A stretch of 64,000 bases of DNA from a bacterium (GTDB lineage: Bacteria; UBA8248; JACPRG01; G963555815): NCBI GenBank assembly GCA_965261595.1, contig CBDHDG010000007.1:1088001-1152000 (forward strand). The letters run 5' to 3'. The position numbers were made by a program, and so were the translations under genes. Below the pieces are notes generated by a model. It worked only from the letters and a program-made list of their open reading frames with translations. It did not search any database and was not told the DNA's origin. Below are positions 1 through 9,732 of this stretch, one piece after another. Every line of letters begins with the position of its first letter. Within the stretch, counting starts at the first letter, position 1.

Positions 1-2
1 AG

Positions 3-617
3 AACCGTCAGCGCTTCGTCTTCGAGGTTTATCAAGCGATTCGCGCCGCCGCGGGCGCCGACTTTCTTGTGACGATCAAACTGGGGATACGGGATTTTGT
101 GACAGGCGGCTTCACGCCGGAAGAGGGACTGGCCACCGCGGAAAGGTTGGCGGAGATGGGGGTCGACGCCATCGAGATCTCCTCCGGCGTCAACGAAACC
201 GGGTGGGCGGGGGCTTGGCCGTACGCGGGCGTGACCCGGAAGCGCGCCCTGGAGGACAAGCTGTTCCACCGGATTTTCGCAAAGCCGGTTCCCGAAGGCC
301 ATTTTTTGGAGGAAACCCGCCGGGTGCGGGAACGGGTGAAATGTCAGGTGATCGCCGTCGGCGGTCTCCGGACGGTGGAGATGATGGAATCCATTATCAA
401 AGGGGGAACGGCCGATTTCGTCTCCCTGAGTCGGCCGTTCATCCGGGAGCCGGATCTGGTCCGCAAGATCGAGCAAGGGAAACGCGGTTCGGTCGATTGC
501 ACCTCCTGTAACATTTGCAGCGACCACTCCGGCCTGCACGGGCTGCAATGCTGGAGGAAAACCAACAAAGACTTGCTCGCTCACGCGTGGTATCGATTCA
601 CGGGACAACTGCACTGA
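3..617 (+). CDS. NADH:flavin oxidoreductase / Old Yellow Enzyme family, 5'-partial
   Basis: Frame is open from the window start (NRQRFVFEVYQAIRAAAGADFLVTIKLG); VGGLRT and DFVSLSRPFIREPDLV motifs; C-terminal CxxCxxC...C. Confidence 0.85.
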   Translation, partial: NRQRFVFEVYQAIRAAAGADFLVTIKLGIRDFVTGGFTPEEGLATAERLAEMGVDAIEISSGVNETGWAGAWPYAGVTRKRALEDKLFHRIFAKPVPEGHFLEETRRVRERVKCQVIAVGGLRTVEMMESIIKGGTADFVSLSRPFIREPDLVRKIEQGKRGSVDCTSCNICSDHSGLHGLQCWRKTNKDLLAHAWYRFTGQLH

Positions 618-688
618 GACGCACGGACGGGACCTCATTTTTTACAATGCGGTCCGGCGCCATTCCGGCTTTATTGAATGGAAATGCG

Positions 689-3028
689 CTAGGCGGTTTT
701 TTGCAGGGCCGCGAGAACGCGATCGGGCGAGAACGGGATGTCTTGAAGCCGGACCCCGACGGCGTCGCGGATGGCGTTGGCCACGGCCGCGGCCGTCGGG
801 ACCAGCGCCGGCTCGCCGATCCCCTTGGCGCCGAAAGGCCCCGTCGGGTCCGGGTCTTCCACAAGGAGAGAATGAACCTCCGGCATGTCCAGCGTGGATA
901 GGATCTTGTAGTCGAGCAACGTCGGATTGGTCACCGCTCCATTTTCAAACACCATCTCTTCCGATAACACCCACCCGACGCCGATGGACACCCCCCCTTC
1001 GATCTGTCCTTCACACCCCACGGGGCTGATGGCCCGCCCGATGTCATGGGCGGAATGGATGCTGATCACCTCCACGCCGCCGGTTTCGGTGTCCACTTCC
1101 ACCTGGGCGATTTGCGTCCCGTAGATCAATGCGGGTCTCGATGTGAAATGCCATCCCTCGACCCGCAAGTCTTCAGGCGGATCGTATTCGGGAGGATCGA
1201 AGTGAGTCCCCTTTCCAAGGATCACGCCGCCATCCACGTAATGTCCGTACGTGACCACAGCGTCGTAGCCGGCCCGGCGGCCGGGCGCGCTCTTGACGTA
1301 GACCTCGCCGTCCTCCATCTCGAGATCCTTCGGATCGGCCTCCAGCATCGCGCCGGCGATATCCAGAAACTGTTCTCGGACCTCGGCCGCCGCGCGCACG
1401 ATGGCGTTGCCGGTGTTGTACGTCGTCCGGCTCGCGTCGGTCGACCAATCGTAAGGCGCGGTGAGCGTGTCTGAAAGGACAATCGAAATCCTCTCGATGG
1501 GAACGCCGAGCGCCTCGGCGGCCATCTGGGCAAAGATGGTCCTTTGGCCGGCGCCGATCTCGGTCCCCCCCGCCATGACGGTCAGGCCGCCGCCGGATTC
1601 CATCTTGACGATGGCGCTCGACGCGTAAATAGCGCTCCCGTGCTCCATCGAGGCCACGCCGATTCCGGTCTTCTTCCTTGGATCGCGAGGCTTCCGTGCG
1701 GGCTTCTTCCGGTTCTCCCAATCCCAGCCCACCGCCGCCGCCGCCCGGCGGAGCGTCTCCTGGTACGCGGCGTGGGGCGTGGCCTGGCCGGTCAGAAGAC
1801 GCCCCCCCGTTGTCATGCCGTTCTTCATCCGCAGCTCAATGGGATCGATGCCGATCTCCGCGGCCAAATCATCCAACTGGGACTCGCCGGCGAAGTGGAC
1901 CTGCGGGCCCCCGTATCCCCGGTACCCTCCGAAGGGGACCTTGTTGGTATAGACGAGACTCCCATCCACACGGACATGGGGGACATGGTAAGGGCCCTGC
2001 GCGCGGGAGGCGGCGGTGCCGACCACACCGGGACCCTGATGGGCATAGGCGCCGGAATCGGCGATGAACCTGATCTCCCTGGCGGTGATCCGGCCGTCCG
2101 TCATGACGCCGGTCTTATATTTCAGCCGGAAAGGGTGCCTGGGATGTCCCGAGATGAACTCCTCCTCGCGGGTGAGGACAATCTTCACGGGACGGCCCGT
2201 CATCCGGGCGAGAAGGACCGCGTGAGGCTCGACTCGAACGCTCAGCTTCCCCCCGAATCCTCCCCCGATGAACGGCGCGATGACCCGGATCCGGCTCGGA
2301 TGAATCGCCAACGTGTCCGACAACCCCTGTCGAGTCTCGGCAACCGTCTGTGTGCTTGTCCAGGCGGTGACTTTTCCTTTCACGTCCACCTGGGCCACAA
2401 CGGCGTGGGGCTCCATGTAACATTGGTGGTGGGCCGAGGTCCCGAATTCCTGTTCCAGAACGTGGTCGGCTTCTTCAAAGCCTTTCTCCGGGTTTCCCTT
2501 GAGCACTTTGACCCGGTAGGCGACGTTGCCGTAGCGGATGGGCTTGAAATGCGGAACGTGCTTATAACACTCCAAGTCCTCATGGACCAGCGGGGCATCG
2601 GGCTTCAGGGCCTCCAGGGGATCGAAGACAGGGGGCAGCTCCTCATAGTCCGCTTCAATCAGCTCGACGGCTTCCGCCGCCGCGTCCTCATCGGCCGCCG
2701 CCACCGCCGCGATGGGCTCGCCCACATAACGAACCTTCTTCTGGGCCAAAATGGGATAGTCGAGAACGACGGGGCCGAAGCCGAGGAGATTGCCGTCCCC
2801 GTCTTTCGGGCAGTCCTTCGCCGTGAGGACCGCTTTGACGCCCCGGACTTTCAGGGCCCTGGACACATCCACATTCAGGATCCGGGCGTGAGGCAGCCTG
2901 CCGCGGAAGTATTTTCCGTGCAACATGTTCGGCAGGCTCATGTCGGTGACGAAGGCGCCCGTGCCGGTTGCCTTCTCGGCCCCGTCTTCACGAGGCAGGT
3001 TCCGGCCGATCCATCGATGTTCTTTCAC
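689..3028 (-). CDS. Xanthine dehydrogenase family molybdopterin-binding large subunit
   Basis: GGGFGGK, GYRGYGGPQ, GQIEGG and GAKGIGE motifs; probable GTG start at 3028 after a purine-rich RBS. Confidence 0.9.
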   Translation of the reverse strand: MKEHRWIGRNLPREDGAEKATGTGAFVTDMSLPNMLHGKYFRGRLPHARILNVDVSRALKVRGVKAVLTAKDCPKDGDGNLLGFGPVVLDYPILAQKKVRYVGEPIAAVAAADEDAAAEAVELIEADYEELPPVFDPLEALKPDAPLVHEDLECYKHVPHFKPIRYGNVAYRVKVLKGNPEKGFEEADHVLEQEFGTSAHHQCYMEPHAVVAQVDVKGKVTAWTSTQTVAETRQGLSDTLAIHPSRIRVIAPFIGGGFGGKLSVRVEPHAVLLARMTGRPVKIVLTREEEFISGHPRHPFRLKYKTGVMTDGRITAREIRFIADSGAYAHQGPGVVGTAASRAQGPYHVPHVRVDGSLVYTNKVPFGGYRGYGGPQVHFAGESQLDDLAAEIGIDPIELRMKNGMTTGGRLLTGQATPHAAYQETLRRAAAAVGWDWENRKKPARKPRDPRKKTGIGVASMEHGSAIYASSAIVKMESGGGLTVMAGGTEIGAGQRTIFAQMAAEALGVPIERISIVLSDTLTAPYDWSTDASRTTYNTGNAIVRAAAEVREQFLDIAGAMLEADPKDLEMEDGEVYVKSAPGRRAGYDAVVTYGHYVDGGVILGKGTHFDPPEYDPPEDLRVEGWHFTSRPALIYGTQIAQVEVDTETGGVEVISIHSAHDIGRAISPVGCEGQIEGGVSIGVGWVLSEEMVFENGAVTNPTLLDYKILSTLDMPEVHSLLVEDPDPTGPFGAKGIGEPALVPTAAAVANAIRDAVGVRLQDIPFSPDRVLAALQKTA

Positions 3029-3307
3029 CGCTCCCGCTTTCCTCTCACCCTTCCCGTTTGAAACGAACCGTCTCAGGGCCGCATGAGGTTCAGATTTTGA
3101 ATCATCAACCCACAAAAGACCCGACCCATGTCTCTGCGCCGCACTTCCACTCTATCCCCGAGAGGTTCCCGACGCAAAGGGTTAAAAGGGGTCGGACCTT
3201 TCGGGCGGAGGTGTTTTTACCCCGCCGTGTGCGGTATGCTGGGCACCTGAGCTGGCCCTGTCGCCATCCATCATTCCGTCCCGTCTCCAACGAGGAAGTC
3301 CCTTTCC

Positions 3308-4480
3308 GTGACGACCCGGAACCGCTGGTTTCTCCTGGGGTTGACTTGGTGCGCGGCGCTAACCACCCGCGCAAGCTCCACGGGCGTCTCTCCAATCCTG
3401 CCCCTGATCAAAGCCGACCTGGGGCTCAGCTATGCCCAGGCGGGATTCTTGTTCAGCATGCCGACGGTGATGATGGCGCTGTTCGGCCTGCCGGGGGGAT
3501 GGCTTGCGGACCACGTCGGTGTGAAGCGGACCCTCACCCTGGGGATGCTCGCCATTCTGGCCGGGACGGCCTTGCGGGCGGCCGTCGGGGGATATGCATC
3601 CTTGGTGATTTGGACGGCGTTGCTCGGCGCGGGGATGGGCATCTCATCCCCGGCCCTGACGCGGATGGTCAAAGACAATTTTTCGGACTTGCCGGGCACG
3701 GCGACGGGCATCAACACAAGCGGTTTCGTCATCGGTGCGACATTGGGCTCCTGGCTGACCGTCCCCTACATCCTTCAATGGTCCGGGTCTTGGCGGGGAA
3801 CCTTTCTGGTGTGGAGCGGCGTCGCGTTGGTCGCGTTGGCCGGATGGGTATTTCTGGCGCCGTCCGGCAGACCCGCCAACGTCGGAAGACCCCCCGAGCC
3901 GGGCGCGATCTGGAGGGACAAAACCGTCTGGAAGCTGAATATCATCTTCCTTTCGCATAACCTGTTCTTTTACTGCGTGATCACGTGGACCCCAACTTAC
4001 TATCACGAGCTCGGCCTGCCCTTGGGGGAGGGCTCACTCCTTTTGACTCTCTTCATCATCATGGCCCTGCCTTCCAGCCTGGCTGTTCCCTATCTTTCCG
4101 ACCGCTTGGGCGGGCGAAGGGGAAGCCTGGTCTTCTCAAATTTTATTCTTCTGCTGACCTTGCTTGGACCAATTTTTTATCCCTTGTACGCCCCCCGGAC
4201 GTATTTCATTATCATGGGGCTTGCCTCCGGGGGCGTCTTCGCAATGACGTTCGCCCTGCCTTTGGATTACGTGGACCCGCACAAGGTGGGGAGCGTCGCC
4301 GGGGCCAATCTCTTGGTGGGATATGGGGGGGCTTTCCTCGGGCCGCTTCTGATGGGTCTCATTCACGACTCGACCACCGATTTTACGACAAGCTGGTTTC
4401 TGGTTTTGGGAATCGTTATTGTCTGCATGACGACAATCGCGTCCCTGCCGAGAAGGCCGGGTAGAGAGAGCCGCGCTTAG
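3308..4480 (+). CDS. MFS transporter, CynX/NimT-like
   Basis: About 12 hydrophobic segments; GWLADHVG motif A; paralog of 12911-14065. Confidence 0.85.
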   Translation: MTTRNRWFLLGLTWCAALTTRASSTGVSPILPLIKADLGLSYAQAGFLFSMPTVMMALFGLPGGWLADHVGVKRTLTLGMLAILAGTALRAAVGGYASLVIWTALLGAGMGISSPALTRMVKDNFSDLPGTATGINTSGFVIGATLGSWLTVPYILQWSGSWRGTFLVWSGVALVALAGWVFLAPSGRPANVGRPPEPGAIWRDKTVWKLNIIFLSHNLFFYCVITWTPTYYHELGLPLGEGSLLLTLFIIMALPSSLAVPYLSDRLGGRRGSLVFSNFILLLTLLGPIFYPLYAPRTYFIIMGLASGGVFAMTFALPLDYVDPHKVGSVAGANLLVGYGGAFLGPLLMGLIHDSTTDFTTSWFLVLGIVIVCMTTIASLPRRPGRESRA

Positions 4481-4571
4481 GTCGTTCCAGTCTTCGCCGA
4501 CGTGCCCTTGGATCGAAGGGGATCAAGGGGGGGGGGGAAGAGAAGATGAAGGAGGGGGAGGGGGGAGCACG

Positions 4572-4691
4572 ATGCGCTTGATGACCCGACATGTTGCCGT
4601 CTGGGGGATCTCAAGCCTGGTAACGCTTGGTTTCGCGCTCTTTGGAACGTTTACGATGGGAATTATGTCGCAAAGTAACATTTCCCCTTGA
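4572..4691 (+). pseudogene. 5' stub of a secreted/membrane gene cut by the IS1595 left end
   Basis: G/A-rich RBS, then MRLMTRHVAVWGISSLVTLGFALFGTFTM (signal-like) running into the TIR and stopping. Confidence 0.5.
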
Positions 4692-4716
4692 CATCGGGTC
4701 CCCGATGGCCCATGCT
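4688..4716 (+). promoter_or_regulatory. Putative sigma70 promoter of the IS1595 transposase
   Basis: TTGACA-N17-CATGCT just inside the left TIR. Confidence 0.4.
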
Positions 4717-4752
4717 CCCTACATGAGAGTAACATCCATTAAGGGGGAACCG

Positions 4753-5683
4753 ATGGCCCGCAAAGCTCCAGGAAAACACATATCGCTACTTGAAATCATG
4801 GAACTTTTCCCGGATGATGAGACTGCAAGGAAGTGGTTTGAGGAATGTCGCTGGCCTGACAAGCTCGTTGCCTGTTACTCTTGCGGCTCCATCAACGTCC
4901 AGTGTGGAGCGAAACACCCCACCATGACCCACCGTTGCCGAGATTGCAAGACGTTCTTCTCCGCGAAGTCCGGCACAGTCATGCACGGCTCCAAGCTGGG
5001 ATATCGGGTGTGGGCGATAGCGATCTATCTGCTCACAACGAACCTGAAGGGCGTGTCCAGCATGAAGCTGCACCGGGACTTGGGCGTCACACAAAAGACC
5101 GCCTGGCGCCTGGCGCACAGGCTCAGGAAGGCGTGGGCGGCAAACTCTGACCCGTTCTCAGGTCCGGTCGAAGTCGATGAAACATTCGTGGGCGGCAAGG
5201 AGAGAAACAAGCACGGCAACAAGAAGCTGAAAGCCGGACGCGGCCCTGTCGGGAAAACGGCAGTTATCGGAGCCAAGGACCGAAAGACCAACCAAGTGTC
5301 CGCCGTTGTTATCTCCGAGACGGACAAGGGGCACCTTGCAGGTCTTCATCCGTAACCGCGTCACGCGCGGGGCGAAGGTCTACACAGATGACAACCCGTC
5401 CTATTCCGGCATGGTGGACTTCGACCATGCGTCCGTGAAGCACAGCGTGGGCGAGTATGTGAGCGACCAGGCTCACACCAATGGCGTCGAGTCGTTCTGG
5501 TCGATGCTCAAGCGGGGCTACAACGGCACGTATCACAAGATGAGCGTGAAGCACCTAGGCCGCTATGTCGCGGAATTCGAGGGACGGCACAATCGCCGAG
5601 AGCTCGACACCCATGAGCAGATGAGGCTCATTGGCCGGAACCTGTTCGGAAAGCGGCTCCGGTATCAGGATCTGGTGGCATGA
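4753..5683 (+). pseudogene. IS1595-family transposase, frameshifted near 5330
   Basis: Zn ribbon (CYSC...CRDC), VEVDETFVGG, VYTDD and HTNGVESFWS split over two frames at an AAGGGGC run. Confidence 0.9.
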
Positions 5684-6543
5684 GTTCGGATTTTGCACCT
5701 GCGGTGAATGCGACCGGTACTGGTCGCCGTATTGCATCCAAGAAGCAAAAACGGCTGATCGCCTTCGGCTGGTATGGTGGAAAATTCTCGCATTTGGACT
5801 TTCTTACCCCACTGATACCCAGAGACGCTTCACACTTCTGCGATGTTTTCGGTGGATCGGCTGCCGTCCTGATGAATGTCGGCCCCTATCCGGTCGAGAC
5901 CTATAACGACATTGACTCGGAACTTGTGAACTTCTTCGAGACACTTCGCAATCAAGGTTCGAAACTCATCAAGGCGATTGGGCTGACCCCGTTTTCTAGG
6001 GGAGAACTAGCCCGAGCATGTGAGCCAACAACAGGCTTAACGCGTTTGGAACGTGCACGGCGGTTCTACATCCGGGCGCGGCAAACGCGAACTGGTCTGG
6101 CACAGACCAGCAGCAAGGGGCGATGGGCCCATTGCGTTCTGACATCGCGTGCTGGTATGGCGGGTGCGGTTTCACGATGGCTCGGTTCTGTTGATAAACT
6201 TCCAGAAATCGCACAACGCTTGCAGCGAGTGCAGATCGAGAATTCTCCAGCTATCGATGTCATCCAAAGGTACGATACCCCCGAGACCGTCTTCTACTTG
6301 GATCCACCCTATGTCCATGGCGCTCGCGGGGATATAGCGGCATACGGCTACGAGATGACCGATAATCATCACACTGAGCTGGCGACCGTTTTGCACTCGA
6401 TTCGTGGTCGCGCCGTTATCTCCGGATATCGGACGGAGTTATATGACGACATGTATTCCGATTGGAAACGCGTCGATGCGGAAGAGCGCATTTGTCATTC
6501 CGTCAGGCAACTGCGCCAAGAATCCGCGTGGCTGAACTTCTGA
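5680..6543 (+). CDS. Dam-family (D12 class) DNA adenine methyltransferase
   Basis: YGGK, DVFGGS, NDID and DPPY motifs; ATGA overlap with the transposase stop. Confidence 0.9.
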   Translation: MSSDFAPAVNATGTGRRIASKKQKRLIAFGWYGGKFSHLDFLTPLIPRDASHFCDVFGGSAAVLMNVGPYPVETYNDIDSELVNFFETLRNQGSKLIKAIGLTPFSRGELARACEPTTGLTRLERARRFYIRARQTRTGLAQTSSKGRWAHCVLTSRAGMAGAVSRWLGSVDKLPEIAQRLQRVQIENSPAIDVIQRYDTPETVFYLDPPYVHGARGDIAAYGYEMTDNHHTELATVLHSIRGRAVISGYRTELYDDMYSDWKRVDAEERICHSVRQLRQESAWLNF

Positions 6544-6546
6544 TCG

Positions 6547-7032
6547 ATGGACAATACGGAAGTCCGTCGATGGCTCGATGACGCTTGGCACAAAGTGCTG
6601 GAAACAGGCGCAGCCGATTCCGACCCAATAAGTGACCGATTAGTGAATTCCACTGTTGTATCAATCCGATACGCCGTCATAACTCAACTTCTCGGTAAGA
6701 TAGCAGACCCATGCCGAAGCCTGATGTATCTACAGAGCGGCGATCAGAATGCTGGCGCGTGGAACGCTAGGAGTTTCTGCGATTCGGTTGTCGTCCCATG
6801 GGTGAGCGAAAATCACGATGTTCTAGGGACAAGCGCCGAGCCCTATGCCAGCAAACCTCTGCGCCGACCTTGGTTGGAACGAGACATGCCCAATGTGAGA
6901 GACAAGGCCGAGTGGACGGCACTTTTCGACTTCTTCGACCCCATTGATCAATCCGTACCTGATGATTTGGAGAAGGCTTTTATTCAATGCCTCGAGAGCG
7001 TAGCGCGTCGTTTGGCCAAGCAATCCTTTAAA
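6547..7032 (+). pseudogene. Putative restriction endonuclease (SacI-family-like), 3' part lost at an IS1380 end
   Basis: Follows the methylase by 3 nt; RYAVITQLLGK, ARSFCDSVVVPW and LGTSAEPYASKPLR resemble SacI-family N-termini; IS end starts at 7033. Confidence 0.6.
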
Positions 7033-7641
7033 CCCAGATATCCCATATGGATCATAACTTTTGTCGGACCGGAGGACATTTTCTGGAGTAAAATCAATGC
7101 ATGAGCCTCCCCGAGCCATCCTCTCGCGGGGTAATCCAATGGGTGAAGCGAAAAAGTGGGCGTTGAAGGTCCGTTTTGAGCGTCGGCTGAGGCTTGAGTT
7201 TCACGGAACCAGAATGACTTCGGATGCGGGATTGCTGGCCTGCCGAGAGGGATCAAGCACTGGTCGTTACGCGGCCTTCAGCTTAAGCTCCTCAAAATGG
7301 GCGGCCGGCTCGTGCGGTACGCCCGCCACATCACCTTCCAGTTGGCCGAGGTCGGTGTATCCAGGAAGACATTTGCCCTTATCTTGGAGAGAATCAAGCG
7401 ATGATGCCCGGTGCCTGTCTAGCGACCCTAAGCGGAGTCCACACAAGGGCAAAATGACGAAGACTCCAAACCTGGTGGTCAAGCCCGTTTACACGCCGGC
7501 GCTGACATGGTTTTCCAATGGCGGATACCGCTCCGATCAGGGTTTCAGGCGCCCGAAATGGTGTTGACAGCCCCGGTAAAGAGGGCTCTAATTGAGTTAA
7601 AGAGCAACGGGTGGTCAATACAAGAGTTGTCTTGATTTAAA
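7033..7641 (+). mobile_element. Internally deleted IS1380-family remnant
   Basis: End CCCAGATATCCCATATGGATCATAAC; transposase N-terminus (MGEAKK...TSDAGLLACRE, from 7139) abuts the C-terminus (KHWSL...ARHITFQLAEV). Confidence 0.75.
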
Positions 7642-8192
7642 CCGGGATTTCCCAGATGACCACTCTTAGCCATCCTGCGGTCCTCCTGTGTCATCAAAGT
7701 ACCCCATTTTACTACAGATTCAGGGTCTCTTTGCAGAACCCTCTGCTCAATCGAGGGGCAACGGCCGTCCTAAAGCCGCAATCCCTTGAAAACCCAGCTC
7801 TACCGGCACACTCAGGGGAGTTCGGCACAGACTGATCCCCCGTCTCCACCACGTCACTAAGCTTCCGGGCCATCTGCTCCGTCATCCGGTATCTGGTACG
7901 GGAGGCGGTAACCACAACCGTCGAATTCGTTCAAGGATTGCCCTGAACAGTTGACGCGGCACGGCCACCTCGGCCATCTGGAAGGTGGTGTGCCGGGCGT
8001 GGGTGACCACCTTGGCCCCAATCTTAATCAGCTTCTCGCGTAACGTCGTCAGCGACCAGTGCTTCACCGCTCTGGGCAACGCCAGCCGCCGCAGGAAGTT
8101 TGCCAGGTTGTACGCCAAGGCAAATAGTTGCAAGCGAACCTGGTTCTCTTCAAAGCCGTGGCAGGACAGGCGCGTCCAGTTCAGGGCGTACT
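7642..8192 (-). mobile_element. 3' remnant of a second IS1380-family element
   Basis: Transposase C-terminus QLFALAYNLANFLRRL...TFQMAEVAV (stop at 7882); end CCGGGATTTCCCAGATG at 7642; cut by the IS3 element. Confidence 0.8.
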
Positions 8193-8238
8193 TGGACCGC
8201 CCCTGGGTTATTGGACACTCGGGTGAGGGTATTCGACC

Positions 8239-9147
8239 TCATGCGGCCTCCGCAACTTGAGCGAGTTTTTCCTGCCTTGCCTGGGCCGGCGTTCGGTAGC
8301 CGTAGCCCTCGAGAATCCAATGATGGTTGTACAGGTTCTTGAACTCAAGCAGCGCCCACCGCAGTTCCTCTACGGTGGCGAAAGAGCGCACCCACAGGAG
8401 ATTCTCCTTCAAGATGCGGATGAACCACTCACAGTAGCCATTTCCCTCGGGCGCCCGCACGAAGCTGGGCGAACTGGTCATGCCCAGGTAGGCGATCTCC
8501 CGCTGAAAGTCATCGGACAGATAGGCGGGGCCGTGGTCGTGACGAACTTTAAGCCCCTCGGCGACGTCCGCCTCCAAGCCGGCGAAGCGCTCGGCGACCC
8601 CCTGCCGGATCGGCTCCAGGGCCTCGAAGCGGTTGCCGCTCTTGGCCGCATGGATCCCCACGCAGTCCACCGAACAGTGATCCACCGCCACGAACACCGA
8701 GGCCATCCCCTCCTCGGTGGTCACCGTCGTCGTCATGTCCGTGCCCCACATTCGGTCGGGCCGCTCGGTGCGGATGGTCCCGTTGTGGGCCTTGGGACCT
8801 CGGGGTTTGCCCACCCGGTGGGGGGCCTGAAGCCCCGCCTCCCGCATCAGGCGACGCACCCGCTCCTTGCTGGTGCGGATGCCCGCGAAGCGCAGCCTCG
8901 CCCACACCTTGCGGTAGCCCTCGCCATGGAAGGGAGAGTCCTCCAGGACCTGCCGGATGTGGCCGAGGAGTTCCGCATCGGTGCACGGGCCCACAGGGCC
9001 GCGCTTATTGGGCGTGGGGCGTTCATGAACGGGGACCGCCTCTCGCCGCCGTTGCGCGTAGACCGTGGAGCGCGCCAAGCCCCAAAGGGCGCACACCCGC
9101 TTCAGGCCGTAGGCTCTGCCCGTGGAGGTGAAGCGGGCCTGACTCAT
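8239..9147 (-). CDS. IS3-family transposase OrfB (integrase core)
   Basis: GYRKVW, WGTDMT, HDHG and GNGYCE DDE motifs; ATGA overlap with orfA. Confidence 0.9.
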   Translation of the reverse strand: MSQARFTSTGRAYGLKRVCALWGLARSTVYAQRRREAVPVHERPTPNKRGPVGPCTDAELLGHIRQVLEDSPFHGEGYRKVWARLRFAGIRTSKERVRRLMREAGLQAPHRVGKPRGPKAHNGTIRTERPDRMWGTDMTTTVTTEEGMASVFVAVDHCSVDCVGIHAAKSGNRFEALEPIRQGVAERFAGLEADVAEGLKVRHDHGPAYLSDDFQREIAYLGMTSSPSFVRAPEGNGYCEWFIRILKENLLWVRSFATVEELRWALLEFKNLYNHHWILEGYGYRTPAQARQEKLAQVAEAA

Positions 9148-9530
9148 CGCCTCCACCTCCTGCCGGCTAAAGGGCGGCCGGCCTCCAGGCGGTCGATCTT
9201 CTCCCGCAGGACCTCGCCCTCCATCGTGAGTTCGCCCACCTTGGCCTTGAGCCGGGCGTTCTCCTCGGCCCGCTCATCCGCCGGGCGAGCTTTGAGCGCC
9301 GCCTCGCCCCCGCGAAGGAACGCCTCGCGCCAGGCGGAAAGCCGAGCCGCTGTCGTGCCCAACTCGCGGCAGAGCGTCTCCAGGCTCTCGCCCCGCAAAA
9401 GACGCAGGACCGCCTCCCGCTTGCGCTGGCAGGAGAACCGACCCCGCTCACTGCGATGCCCTGGGGCCTTGGCTCCGTTCGCCCTGCGGGCGCCCTCCGC
9501 CAAAGCCCCCTCTTGCTTTTGTTCGTTCAT
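9144..9530 (-). CDS. IS3-family transposase OrfA (HTH)
   Basis: RKREAVLRLLRGE...LSAWREAF; ENARLKAKVGEL coiled coil. Confidence 0.85.
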   Translation of the reverse strand: MNEQKQEGALAEGARRANGAKAPGHRSERGRFSCQRKREAVLRLLRGESLETLCRELGTTAARLSAWREAFLRGGEAALKARPADERAEENARLKAKVGELTMEGEVLREKIDRLEAGRPLAGRRWRR

Positions 9531-9732
9531 CGCGACACCCCTTTCTCCATGAATCATGGATCAATCGAGTGTCCAACAAAACCCTAGAGCGGGGGACACC
9601 CGCCTATCTTCTAGCTTGATGGCGCCTTTCATCTCTCCATGTCCACAGCAACTAAACGTGGTGCGGATCCCTCCGGCATTAAGAGCCGCGACGATTTGGT
9701 GAATACAAAAGTCAATACATTGCACACGACCG

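Larger units (their letters stand above)
8193..9598 (-). mobile_element. IS3-family insertion sequence
   Basis: TG...CA ends with imperfect TIRs sharing TTGGACACTC; orfA and orfB; no TSD. Confidence 0.85.

Noticed and set aside
689..3028. Aerobic CO dehydrogenase CoxL
   Set aside because: The loop is GYRGYG, not AYRCSFR or AYRGAGR; no coxMS nearby
5320..5345. Programmed frameshift in the IS1595 transposase
   Set aside because: No slippery heptamer; the family normally has one ORF; a G-run indel is the simpler explanation
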